Below are positions 49,843 to 59,061 of a stretch of DNA of 64,000 nucleotides, piece after piece. The notes under the pieces are model-generated. The model was given only the letters and a program-made list of their open reading frames with translations. It was not told the origin of the DNA and made no database searches. Source of the DNA: an uncultured Gammaproteobacteria bacterium. GTDB lineage: Bacteria > Patescibacteriota > Patescibacteriia > UBA9934. The position numbers were made by a program, and so were the translations under genes. Position 1 is the stretch's first letter. The number at the start of each line of letters is the position of its first letter. The stretch spans positions 269,183 to 333,182 of the forward strand of contig CAZREA010000001.1 in NCBI GenBank assembly GCA_964599455.1. Reading direction: 5' to 3'.

Positions 49843-50892
49843 TTAGGACGATCGTTCATCATTCGAGATTGCCACAGCGCCCAATCGTTTCGTGCGATCA
49901 AAATACTCACGATACCAGGCAACGGTTTCTGTCAGGCCTTCTTCAACCGTGTATTCCGGACGCCAGTTCAGCAAACGCAATGCCTTTTCACTCGAAAGCG
50001 TTTGTTCAACAATTTCTGCTTTGGCTTGATTGAGAATAACCGGTTCAAGATCAGTACGACCCATGGCTTCGGCAACTTTTTTCACAATATCAACAACCGT
50101 AAAACGATTGCCGGTACTAAAATTGAAGGCTTGCCCCACAATCTCCGGTCGATCCATTTCTTCGGCCAAACGAATGTATGCATGCGCAGCATCACGCACA
50201 AAGAAATAATCGCGAATAAATTTCCCGTCACTGCGAATCACCGGCGATTCACCATCATAAATATGTTTGATGGTTTCGGGAATCACGCGCTGCCAGTTTA
50301 AATCTCCGGGACCATATAAATTTCCACAACGCGTTACACACACCGGAAGTTTATAGGTATTCCAATACATCCGCGCAATCAAATCCGTGCAAGATTTGGA
50401 AACATCATACGGATGCGTTCCGTGCAATGACGCTTCTTCGGTATACGGAAGAATCGGCTGCGGTCCGTACGCTTTGTCGGACGACGCAACGAGCACGCGT
50501 TTTACAAGTGGCGACAACCGCGCCGCTTCAAGCACATTCGCGGTGCCCATGATATTAATCCGCAACGTCGGTAACGGCGCACGGTTTCCTACTGGTGCAA
50601 TCGGCTGGGCGCCAACATGAAAAATGGTATCGATTTCGTACTCATTAATGGTGCGATACACCAAATCATAATCTTCAAAATCTCCGGTAACAATATCCGC
50701 ATGATGATAAGCGGGAAGAGAAAAAAGACGGCTCGAAGCCGCATGGTCGCGTTTCAACAACACAATCCGTGCCCCCGCAGCGTGGAGCTCCTCAACCAAT
50801 GCTGACCCTAAAAGACCAAACCCTCCGGTCACAAACACATTGCGATTGCGCCAAAAGGCAACCCGATCAGCAGTAAGAAAAGACGATTTCAT
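49843..50892 (-). CDS. rfbG: CDP-glucose 4,6-dehydratase-like NAD-dependent epimerase
   Basis: FWRNRNVFVTGGFG, SSDKAYG, PYDVSKS, RCGNLYGPGD. Confidence 0.8.
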   Translation of the reverse strand: MKSSFLTADRVAFWRNRNVFVTGGFGLLGSALVEELHAAGARIVLLKRDHAASSRLFSLPAYHHADIVTGDFEDYDLVYRTINEYEIDTIFHVGAQPIAPVGNRAPLPTLRINIMGTANVLEAARLSPLVKRVLVASSDKAYGPQPILPYTEEASLHGTHPYDVSKSCTDLIARMYWNTYKLPVCVTRCGNLYGPGDLNWQRVIPETIKHIYDGESPVIRSDGKFIRDYFFVRDAAHAYIRLAEEMDRPEIVGQAFNFSTGNRFTVVDIVKKVAEAMGRTDLEPVILNQAKAEIVEQTLSSEKALRLLNWRPEYTVEEGLTETVAWYREYFDRTKRLGAVAISNDERSS

Positions 50893-51048
50893 AACGCTCA
50901 GACTTTGCCAGAATGAACCGGTACGGTCAACCCGTTGATTGGTCATTTGGCCAATATTCGACATTCTTTCTTCTTTATGTTAAAAAAGTGGGTCGATCTT
51001 GAGTGATCGATATCCATCCCGCAAACCAGAGGAGCATCGAGAATAAAC

Positions 51049-51903
51049 ATGCAGGCATATCGCTTGTTCCCTCCCGACTGGAAGGGATTCATTCCTTTCG
51101 AGGATGGCGACATCGCCGTCCTCATGGCACGACCGTCCGTCCCACTCATCTACCTGTACGGCCTCGTCGGTCAGCAGGAAGAGAGTGGGGCATTCACCGC
51201 ACAATACCCGAACATCGTTCGGGTGGAAGCCACGGCGGGTATGACCATCCCTGTCGTGGTCGAGGACGGATGGGCGAAGGTGGGCCTGCGGGCCCAGCGG
51301 CGCCTGTTCGTGAACTCGAACACCGAGGCCTTCGATGCGCTGAACGCAGACCTGGAGCGGCAGCTCAAGGAGGCGTTCGGACCGAAGGCCGGACACACGT
51401 TGATCCGGCTTCACCAAGAAGTTAGCGGCGACTGGAAGACCGCTCGAGAGACCTACCTGGCACTCCTTCGGCGATACCTCGATCGTCTGGAACACGAGGT
51501 CGGGTTCGGGCGGACCAGCTACGAGATCCCGGGCGGGTACGGACGGTTCGCGGAGAAGGGACAGGACGCCAGTAAAAGGCAGTTCTACGAGGAGACCGAT
51601 CCAAACACCGCGGTGATCGGGTGGGGGTCGCTCGGAGAAATCGTGGCCAATCGTGGTCACGAAGTCCATACGATCCGGGTCGGCGTCGCGCGCGTCGACC
51701 CGGACAAGCGAGCATCCAAAGCGGCGGAGGTCATCCCCGACCCCTACGAAAGCTTCGTGACGAAGCTCGAGTGGTACGATCTCGACGGCCTCGATGGACT
51801 CCGGGAAGAAGGAAAGCTGATCTGTGGCATCACGGAAGCCGCCCTCGGGCGGTACCTGGCCACATCGATGCGGAATCCGAACATCTTCCCACCCCTGCGC
51901 TGA
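51049..51903 (+). CDS. Divergent Nudix-fold protein (NudF-like) with long insert
   Basis: YEIPGGYGRFAEKGQDASKRQFYEET; hairpin 51926-51954. Confidence 0.7.
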   Translation: MQAYRLFPPDWKGFIPFEDGDIAVLMARPSVPLIYLYGLVGQQEESGAFTAQYPNIVRVEATAGMTIPVVVEDGWAKVGLRAQRRLFVNSNTEAFDALNADLERQLKEAFGPKAGHTLIRLHQEVSGDWKTARETYLALLRRYLDRLEHEVGFGRTSYEIPGGYGRFAEKGQDASKRQFYEETDPNTAVIGWGSLGEIVANRGHEVHTIRVGVARVDPDKRASKAAEVIPDPYESFVTKLEWYDLDGLDGLREEGKLICGITEAALGRYLATSMRNPNIFPPLR

Positions 51904-51985
51904 GGGGGTGGGATCGTATAACGAAGCCCCGTCTGGACCGAGTCCAGACGGGGCGTTCTGCTTTTATAGGAATACTTTTACCAAC

Positions 51986-52789
51986 TTACGACCACACTTT
52001 CCACTTCGGATCCGTCTTCCACAATTTATCCAAATCTTCTTTATCTTTGTATGTATCCATCGAGTGCCAGAAACCTTCGTGTTTGTACACACCAATCTTG
52101 CGATCTTGGCTTGCTTTGGTGAGTGCATCTTCCGCCATCTCGCCAACTTTACAATGTTGCAAAAAGTCCTTGTGCATCATCATGAAGCCGCCGTTTGTGA
52201 AGTCGGACAACTGAGGCTTCTCGGTAAACGACGTGATGATGTTGTTTTCATCAGGAACAACCAAGCCATATTTTGATTTTGGATGAATGCCCGTAATCAC
52301 CCCATGCACACCATGCTCTTCACGCATCTTTTTATAAAACTGATGAAGCTCGGGAATATTTACGTTCGACACGCCATCACCGTACGTCAACATGAATTCA
52401 TCGGGCAGATGAGGTGCTGCACGCAACAAACGTTCTCCGGTTGGCGTTGCGCCATCACCCGTATCAACGAAGATAATTTTAAAATCATCGTAACTATCCT
52501 CATTAAGCAAATAGGTTGAGGATGTGCGCAAATCCAACTGAAAATCCTGCGTCAATAAGTGATGGTTGAGGAAATATTCTTTGATTTGATGGCCACGATA
52601 GCCTAAACACAAAATAAATTTCTTATACCCATAATGAGCATAAATTTTCATGATGTGCCACAAAATCGGTTTGCCACCGATTTCGACCATGGGTTTTGGG
52701 CGAAACTCGGTTTCTTCACGCAAACGGGTGCCGGTTCCCCCGCAAAAAATGACGACTGGTACCGTTTGACGTTGAGCTGGCATTTCCAT
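51986..52789 (-). CDS. rfbF: Glucose-1-phosphate cytidylyltransferase
   Basis: GGTGTRLREETEFRPKPMVEIG, TYGDG, GFWHSMDT. Confidence 0.93.
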   Translation of the reverse strand: MEMPAQRQTVPVVIFCGGTGTRLREETEFRPKPMVEIGGKPILWHIMKIYAHYGYKKFILCLGYRGHQIKEYFLNHHLLTQDFQLDLRTSSTYLLNEDSYDDFKIIFVDTGDGATPTGERLLRAAPHLPDEFMLTYGDGVSNVNIPELHQFYKKMREEHGVHGVITGIHPKSKYGLVVPDENNIITSFTEKPQLSDFTNGGFMMMHKDFLQHCKVGEMAEDALTKASQDRKIGVYKHEGFWHSMDTYKDKEDLDKLWKTDPKWKVWS

Positions 52790-52839
52790 AAAATGCTTCT
52801 AACTTAAATATAGGCCCATTCTGGGGTTTTTCCGGATGC

Positions 52840-53709
52840 ATGTCAAACGAAATCGCTATCAGTATCGTGATTGTGACATGGAATGTGCGCGAACTTTTGC
52901 GCGCCAACCTTGCACGTTTACAAAGCCTTCACTGTCCGTATACCACGGAAATCTTTGTTGTTGATAACAATTCACACGATGGCACCGCGTTCATGGTCCG
53001 CAATGAATTCCCGAACGTGCACCTCATTACCAATAATTGGGACGCCGGTTTTGCCGGACCGAACAATCAGGCACTGCGCTTGGCAACAGGCAAAGTTCTC
53101 ATCCTTCTCAATCCCGACATGCTCGTTGAAGAAGAAGCACTTGAGAAAACCTACGACAAGCTGATGCAAGAAAAGGACATTGGTGTTCTTGGCATCAAAC
53201 TCATCGGCCAAGATGGCAAACCCATCAATAGCGTTCGTCATTATCCCGATTTTCTTTCTCAGCTCTCAGTTATTTTAAAAATCGGTCATCTCTTCCCTAC
53301 TCTTCTTGATTATTATCACTGGACAGATTTTGATTATGGTCGGTCGCAAGATGTCGACCAGGTACGCGGATCATTTTTCGCTTTTCGCCGCGAGATGCTC
53401 GATGAAGTCGGGTACCTTGATGAGAAGTATCACATTTGGTTTGAAGAAGTGGATTATTGTTTACGCGCGAAACAAAAAGGTTATCGAGTGCACTATTTCG
53501 CCGATGCCATTGCACATGACTACGTTGGTAAAAGTGTGGCGCAGATGAAGTATTTGGAAAAACAAATTATTTTCACCCACAGCATGATTCGGTACTTTAA
53601 AAAATGGAAACCGTGGTGGCAAACATTTATCTTAATACTCGCCCGTCCGTTTGGTCTTCTTGCATCGTGGATGATGGATGTACGAAATTCTTTCACGCAA
53701 AAGATATGA
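52840..53709 (+). CDS. Glycosyltransferase family 2
   Basis: SIVIVTWN, VVDNNSHDGT, LLNPD, FEEVDYC. Confidence 0.92.
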   Translation: MSNEIAISIVIVTWNVRELLRANLARLQSLHCPYTTEIFVVDNNSHDGTAFMVRNEFPNVHLITNNWDAGFAGPNNQALRLATGKVLILLNPDMLVEEEALEKTYDKLMQEKDIGVLGIKLIGQDGKPINSVRHYPDFLSQLSVILKIGHLFPTLLDYYHWTDFDYGRSQDVDQVRGSFFAFRREMLDEVGYLDEKYHIWFEEVDYCLRAKQKGYRVHYFADAIAHDYVGKSVAQMKYLEKQIIFTHSMIRYFKKWKPWWQTFILILARPFGLLASWMMDVRNSFTQKI

Positions 53710-55544
53710 AACTCGCCCTGCAACTCAGTTGTTATAACGGTGGGCGGTATTTGCCTTTTGTTTTTGAATCACTCAAAAAACAACATCTCACCGATTGGCA
53801 TCTGTATGTTCTAGATAATGCCTCGGATGAAGAAAACAAACAGCTGATTGCCCAAGCGGTTAAAGAGGCAAAATTACCCATTACGCTTGATCGCGTTGAA
53901 ACAAATATTGGGTTTGCCGGTGCGCACAATTATCTTTTCAAAAAGTACACAAAGCACGCAACATACATTCAATTGTTAAATGATGATGCTTTTTTGGAAC
54001 CAATGTTTCTCAGCGAATGTCTTACCTATCTCGAAAAGCATCCGGAATGCGCAGCATCATCAGGAGTCGTGTATCGCTGGGATTTTGATGCACGGACAAA
54101 TGATCGCGGAGGACGAACACGCATTATTGATACGCTCGGTCTTGATGCAGCAATAACGGGCGGTATCAGCGATCGCGGTGCCGGACAAGATGCGCAGACG
54201 TTAGATATTCCCGAAGTACCGTACGAAGTCTTTGGTGTGTCGGGTTGTTTGCCAATGTATCGCGTGCAGGCTGTACGCGCTGCGAGTCCGGACATGAGTT
54301 TATTTGATGAGACTTACGTTTTATATAAAGAAGACGTTGATCTTACTTATCGATTGCGAGCGCTTGGTTACACCGCAACGATCGTTCCTTCAGCGCTCGC
54401 CTATCATCGCCGCACACTCGGACGAGGTGCGGTTGGCGCAAGCCTTTGGCGACCACAAAATGAAAAAAATTATCTTTCCTATCGCAATCACCTGTGGACG
54501 CTTATGAAGAGTCTTCCAGCTGCTGCTCTTTGTAAAAATCACATCGCCGTCTTGCCTTACGAAAGCGCAAAAATGTTGTACTGGACACTCCATAATCCTT
54601 TGATCATCTGGAGAACATGGCAAGAGACTCGTGCTCATTGGTCGCATCTGAGAGAATGGAGAAAACATATTTCTCTGGCACGACGTTCGCCAAAGCCTTT
54701 TTTCGATCGCCCAGAAAAGCCTAAAACCGATATCGCCATCATCCTTGTTTCACATGATGATTTAAGCGAAAAGTGCCTTACCTCTTTGCAACAGGCACGG
54801 GCAAAAACAACTTGTACCACCACCGTTGTGGTCGTTGACAATCAATCGTCGCACTACGATGCCAATGCTTTTGTTGAACAATATATTCCCGACGCCTGGA
54901 CACTCTTACGCGATGGCGATCATGGTTATGGACGCTCAATGAATCGCGGTGCAGCTCATGTTGATGCCAAATACTATTTTATTCTCAATCCCGACACAAT
55001 GCTTGCTGATGAAGATATTTTCAATAAACTCACGAGCTACATGGAAAAACATCCTGATGTCGGACTTATTGGTCCAAAGGTAGAAGGATTTTCCGGAGAC
55101 TTGCATGAAACCTGCCGCCGCTTTCCTGCATGGTTTCAACCGTTCATTCAACGTACAGCCCTCAAAAACACCTCGCTCGGCAAAAAATATCTGCATACTT
55201 TTCTCATGCAGGATTACGATCACCAAACCGAAAAAGCCGTTGATTGGGTGCAGGGTTCAGCAATGTTCGTTGAGGGCAACCTCTGGAAAATGCTGCGCGG
55301 CTTTGATGATCGTTTCTGGTTGTATTTTGAAGATGTAGATTTGTGTCGCCGCGTGTGGGAATCAGGCAAAAAAGTTATCTATTTACCATCAGTAACCATT
55401 CTTCATCAGCACGGACGACAATCAGCAAAAATTCACAACATCTTAGTTAATCTGATTACCACCAAAGAATCGCGCGGGCATATTTTTAGCTGGATAAAAT
55501 ATACGTGTAAATGGCTTGGTAAAACTCTTCCTCGTCACGAATAA
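53706..55544 (+). CDS. Tandem two-domain glycosyltransferase family 2
   Basis: Two GT2 modules (LDNASD/LLNDD/KEDVDL and VDNQS/LNPD/FEDVDL); ATGA overlap. Confidence 0.9.
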   Translation: MKLALQLSCYNGGRYLPFVFESLKKQHLTDWHLYVLDNASDEENKQLIAQAVKEAKLPITLDRVETNIGFAGAHNYLFKKYTKHATYIQLLNDDAFLEPMFLSECLTYLEKHPECAASSGVVYRWDFDARTNDRGGRTRIIDTLGLDAAITGGISDRGAGQDAQTLDIPEVPYEVFGVSGCLPMYRVQAVRAASPDMSLFDETYVLYKEDVDLTYRLRALGYTATIVPSALAYHRRTLGRGAVGASLWRPQNEKNYLSYRNHLWTLMKSLPAAALCKNHIAVLPYESAKMLYWTLHNPLIIWRTWQETRAHWSHLREWRKHISLARRSPKPFFDRPEKPKTDIAIILVSHDDLSEKCLTSLQQARAKTTCTTTVVVVDNQSSHYDANAFVEQYIPDAWTLLRDGDHGYGRSMNRGAAHVDAKYYFILNPDTMLADEDIFNKLTSYMEKHPDVGLIGPKVEGFSGDLHETCRRFPAWFQPFIQRTALKNTSLGKKYLHTFLMQDYDHQTEKAVDWVQGSAMFVEGNLWKMLRGFDDRFWLYFEDVDLCRRVWESGKKVIYLPSVTILHQHGRQSAKIHNILVNLITTKESRGHIFSWIKYTCKWLGKTLPRHE

Positions 55545-55549
55545 TCTCT

Positions 55550-56710
55550 ATGGAGCTTCCCAAAGTAGCCATCATTTACTTGACGTACAATGGCAAAGAT
55601 TCGTACCGCGACATTACGCGTTGCTTGCAATCAATCGAGAAGATTACCTATCCGCTTGATCAGGTCGAGCTCATCTGTGTTGAGAATCCGTCGCCACATG
55701 GCGCAAGCTGGCCATTCATTGGATCAGAATGGGGACCGAAAAGTGGCAACCAATTTCCTCATCTCACTATCGTGAAGAACCCAAAAGATGTGGGCTATGC
55801 CGGAGCAAATAATGTCGGTATTGCTGAGGCAAAGAAACGGGGATGTTCGTATGCATTTTTACTCAATCAAGATGCAGATGTTGACCCAAACTTTTTAACT
55901 GCGGCGGTTGCACGAGCCGAGCAAGATGAAAAAGTGATGTTCGTCCAATCACTCGTATTGCTCGGTCAAGATAAACAGCTCGTCAACAGTGTTGGCAATC
56001 GATTGCACTTTTTAGGATATGGTTACGCCGGTGGCTTTGGCTGGACGCATGAGCAAGCCAAAGCCTTTTTTGTGCAAGAACAAAAAGAGAACCCCGATCT
56101 TGAAGTTCCGTACTTTAGCGGTGCCGCAGTTCTTGTGCGTCTATCAATGACGGATGAAATTGGATTATTTGATAGTGATTTTTACATGTATCACGAAGAC
56201 GTCGATGCATCACTCAATGCGCGTGTGCACGGTTATAAAAGTGTCGTCGCGCCCGAAAGCATTATTTATCACTATTACGAATTTTCTAAAAGCATCAAAA
56301 AGTTTTACTGGATGGAGCGCAATCGCCTCATCGTCCTTTTGACGTATTACAAATTACCCACGCTCCTCTTGATTACTGTCCCTTTTTTCGGCGTCGAGCT
56401 TGTGTCATTTTTATTAGCAATCAAAAGCGGTTGGTGGAAAGAAAAAATACGAGCCTGGCTTTTCTTCTTCAAGCCTTCATCACTCGCATGGATTTGGCGC
56501 CGACGCCGACAAGCGCAATCGACTCGTCTCATTACTGATCGCGAACTCCTAAAGCGCGCCGAAAGCACCATTCTTTTTCAAAAAAATCCTGTTATAGCAA
56601 ACACGGATCATGCCATTCTCAACGATGTTCGTAGTTCGATCGTCACCCGCGTCGGTAATCCTCTTATGCAAAAAATGTGGGCAGTTATTTATACGCTTAT
56701 TCACTGGTAA
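55550..56710 (+). CDS. Glycosyltransferase family 2
   Basis: GYAGANN, LLNQD, FYMYHEDVD. Confidence 0.92.
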   Translation: MELPKVAIIYLTYNGKDSYRDITRCLQSIEKITYPLDQVELICVENPSPHGASWPFIGSEWGPKSGNQFPHLTIVKNPKDVGYAGANNVGIAEAKKRGCSYAFLLNQDADVDPNFLTAAVARAEQDEKVMFVQSLVLLGQDKQLVNSVGNRLHFLGYGYAGGFGWTHEQAKAFFVQEQKENPDLEVPYFSGAAVLVRLSMTDEIGLFDSDFYMYHEDVDASLNARVHGYKSVVAPESIIYHYYEFSKSIKKFYWMERNRLIVLLTYYKLPTLLLITVPFFGVELVSFLLAIKSGWWKEKIRAWLFFFKPSSLAWIWRRRRQAQSTRLITDRELLKRAESTILFQKNPVIANTDHAILNDVRSSIVTRVGNPLMQKMWAVIYTLIHW

Positions 56711-57248
56711 TACCAGTGCGTTGCAATATTTCTTTAGCACCAGGAATATCTTGCAATTCCGGATAGCGATAATCATTTTTATTGTAGGAAGTCGAACCGA
56801 CGCCGACCGCTGTCACACGTTCATCCGTCAAAGGGATAATAGCGTGATAGACGCCAGCTGGGATGCGCAATCGCGGCAACGATCCATCCGCAACCACATA
56901 CGTCGGCAAATCGTATGGAGTCGACAATGTATCGATTCCAAGAATGATACCAACGGTCTTTTGAAACGTCGGAGATGTTTCTCGAAAATCTGACAACAAC
57001 CACAACGCACAACCCGATAACGTAAAGAACAATTCGTCGAGTTCGAGATGATAATGTCCACCACGCATCGTGCCCTTTCCCTTTGCGCTACTTGCATAGA
57101 TATCGAGGAGTTTTTCACCAAAACCTTCGGGATTGCCAACACCACCCGGCAGCATATGCCAAACCGCGCCTTCGTGATCGCCGAAACGCGGCTGCAATTC
57201 GACCGTAACGCCATCAATACCTGCAGGAAGAATATTTAGTGTTGCCAT
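56697..57248 (-). CDS. RmlC-like cupin (sugar isomerase/epimerase)
   Basis: RGGHYH..E, DFRETSPT, IPAGVYH. Confidence 0.8.
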   Translation of the reverse strand: MATLNILPAGIDGVTVELQPRFGDHEGAVWHMLPGGVGNPEGFGEKLLDIYASSAKGKGTMRGGHYHLELDELFFTLSGCALWLLSDFRETSPTFQKTVGIILGIDTLSTPYDLPTYVVADGSLPRLRIPAGVYHAIIPLTDERVTAVGVGSTSYNKNDYRYPELQDIPGAKEILQRTGITSE

Positions 57249-58087
57249 ACAGAAAGATAATCGTGTAATGCTTCTTGCCATGAACGCATGGGAGGAATTC
57301 TTGTCGAGAGAAGTGTTGAGTATGCAGGACGTTTAGCGGGACGTTGCACTGTTGCTGGATTACGCGGAAAAATCTCGTTTTTCAATCCTAACTGATCACG
57401 AATTTCCTGAGCCCAGCCGAGCCAGGTCACACCTCCACTGTTTGCCATGTGATAGATACCAGGTTCAGGACGATCTTGCAAAAGATAATGCTCTGTATGT
57501 TGTGCGAGATCAGCGACCGACGTTGGCGCAGAATATTCAAAATCATTTACTTCGAGCACTGGTTTTGTCTGCAATTCATTGACGATTACTTCCACAAAGC
57601 TTCTTTTTGCGTTTGCTGATGCTGCAGGCTCGCCGTACAGACGCGATGTTCGGACAATAAAGGCTCCTGGATGTGCAGCAAGTACATGCTGTTCACCCAG
57701 CAATTTCGATTCTCCATAAACACTAATAGGGTGCGCCTCATCGGTCTCAATATATCCCTCTTTTTTGTCACCCGCAAACACATAGTCCGTTGAAACATGT
57801 ATGAAGGGAGCCTCATAATCGGCCGCAGCATGCGCGATCATGCCCGGAACTTCGGCATTTAACCAAAATGCCGCTTCACGTCCTTCACCTTCGGCAGCGT
57901 CAACATTATTATAGGCAGTCGTATTCACGATCATCTCGGGATTTGTCTGAGCAATCAAAGATGCGATCCCCTCTTTCTTCCACTGTATCTCATCACGTCC
58001 TGGTGCGATAATTTCATGACCGCCAGACCACGCCCGTTGCATCGCCGTTCCCAATCGTCCCGATCCACCTAAAAGCAAAATGCGCAT
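57236..58087 (-). CDS. rmlD: dTDP-4-dehydrorhamnose reductase
   Basis: GGSGRLG, STDYVF, YGESK, AKRPAYS. Confidence 0.93.
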   Translation of the reverse strand: MRILLLGGSGRLGTAMQRAWSGGHEIIAPGRDEIQWKKEGIASLIAQTNPEMIVNTTAYNNVDAAEGEGREAAFWLNAEVPGMIAHAAADYEAPFIHVSTDYVFAGDKKEGYIETDEAHPISVYGESKLLGEQHVLAAHPGAFIVRTSRLYGEPAASANAKRSFVEVIVNELQTKPVLEVNDFEYSAPTSVADLAQHTEHYLLQDRPEPGIYHMANSGGVTWLGWAQEIRDQLGLKNEIFPRNPATVQRPAKRPAYSTLLSTRIPPMRSWQEALHDYLSVWQH

Positions 58088-58090
58088 ACC

Positions 58091-58294
58091 TTACTTTCTC
58101 TTCCCAAGATAGAAAGCTGCTCCCAATAAGACGATGCCTGCCACTGGCAAAATAATCCACCAGGATGATGAGTCGTTATTCGTCGGTAGAATGTTTTCTT
58201 CAGATGGAACATGATTAACATCAAGAAGATCTGCATGAACGACGGATGGAAGAAAGAAAATACCCAGAATGAATGATGCAAAAAAATATTTCAT
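58091..58294 (-). CDS. Small exported protein with C-terminal TM and basic tail
   Basis: Signal peptide VHA-D; WWIILPVAGIVLLGAAFYL-GKRK. Confidence 0.65.
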   Translation of the reverse strand: MKYFFASFILGIFFLPSVVHADLLDVNHVPSEENILPTNNDSSSWWIILPVAGIVLLGAAFYLGKRK

Positions 58295-58295
58295 A

Positions 58296-58700
58296 CTAAA
58301 ATTGTTCACGAATCTTTTGTGCAGTCATTGCCAGCTCATCAGATGAAGGATGCATCTTGGTAAATGTTCGTGGTACGTCGTTTTTACGCGGCATAATGTG
58401 CAGATGCGTATGCATGACTTCTTGCCCTGCGCATTCGCCATGATTCATGCCGAGATTATACCCATCGGCGCCAACTGCCTTAAGGATTTTTGGTGCAAGC
58501 GAATGAATCACATCCATCAACGCCCGTGCATCTTCTCTGGAACCCGCAGAAAGATTCTCGGCATGCGTCTTAGGAATCACGAGCGTATGCCCTTCGCTTA
58601 CGGGGCCAATATCAAGAAACGCGAAGACCTTATCATCCTCATAGACTTTGTGTGCAGGAATAATTCCGGCGATGATTTTGCAAAAGAGGCAGGTTTGCAT
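58296..58700 (-). CDS. HIT family nucleotide hydrolase
   Basis: CLFCKII, GHTLVIPK, GQEVMHTHLHI. Confidence 0.95.
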   Translation of the reverse strand: MQTCLFCKIIAGIIPAHKVYEDDKVFAFLDIGPVSEGHTLVIPKTHAENLSAGSREDARALMDVIHSLAPKILKAVGADGYNLGMNHGECAGQEVMHTHLHIMPRKNDVPRTFTKMHPSSDELAMTAQKIREQF

Positions 58701-58759
58701 AGGGGTTAACGTGGTTAAGTGGTTAAAATGGTTATTTTTCAGATAATCACTTAATCACT

Positions 58760-58948
58760 TTAACCATCTTTATCTTTTAAATTCCTTAGTTTCTCATACT
58801 TCACCGTCAAAAGAGCAAAAATGCAAGGGATCACGATCAATACGGGAAACGGAAATACATACGACACAAAACCCGGATGTCGCCATTCAACGATAGCGAA
58901 GATGGGTAGAGCGACAAACCAAGCGAGGAAGTGGGGGTAAAGGCGCAT
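58760..58948 (-). CDS. Small two-TM membrane protein
   Basis: Two hydrophobic helices around HPGFVSY. Confidence 0.55.
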   Translation of the reverse strand: MRLYPHFLAWFVALPIFAIVEWRHPGFVSYVFPFPVLIVIPCIFALLTVKYEKLRNLKDKDG

Positions 58949-58983
58949 ATAAGGTGAGGTAAACGAAGGAATGAGCCTGCGCT

Positions 58984-59061
58984 TCTCCCTCCTTCCAGGA
59001 GGGAGATTAAGAGGGAGGCTGAGCGAAGGAATCCTCTAGACCCTTCTTTGCGTCAGGGTCT
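58984..59061. repeat. Cluster of palindromic REP-like elements including copy 2 of the AGACCCT/AGGGTCT element
   Basis: TCTCCCTCCT-tcc-AGGAGGGAGA hairpin, then 59035-59061 matching 19459-19485. Confidence 0.7.
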
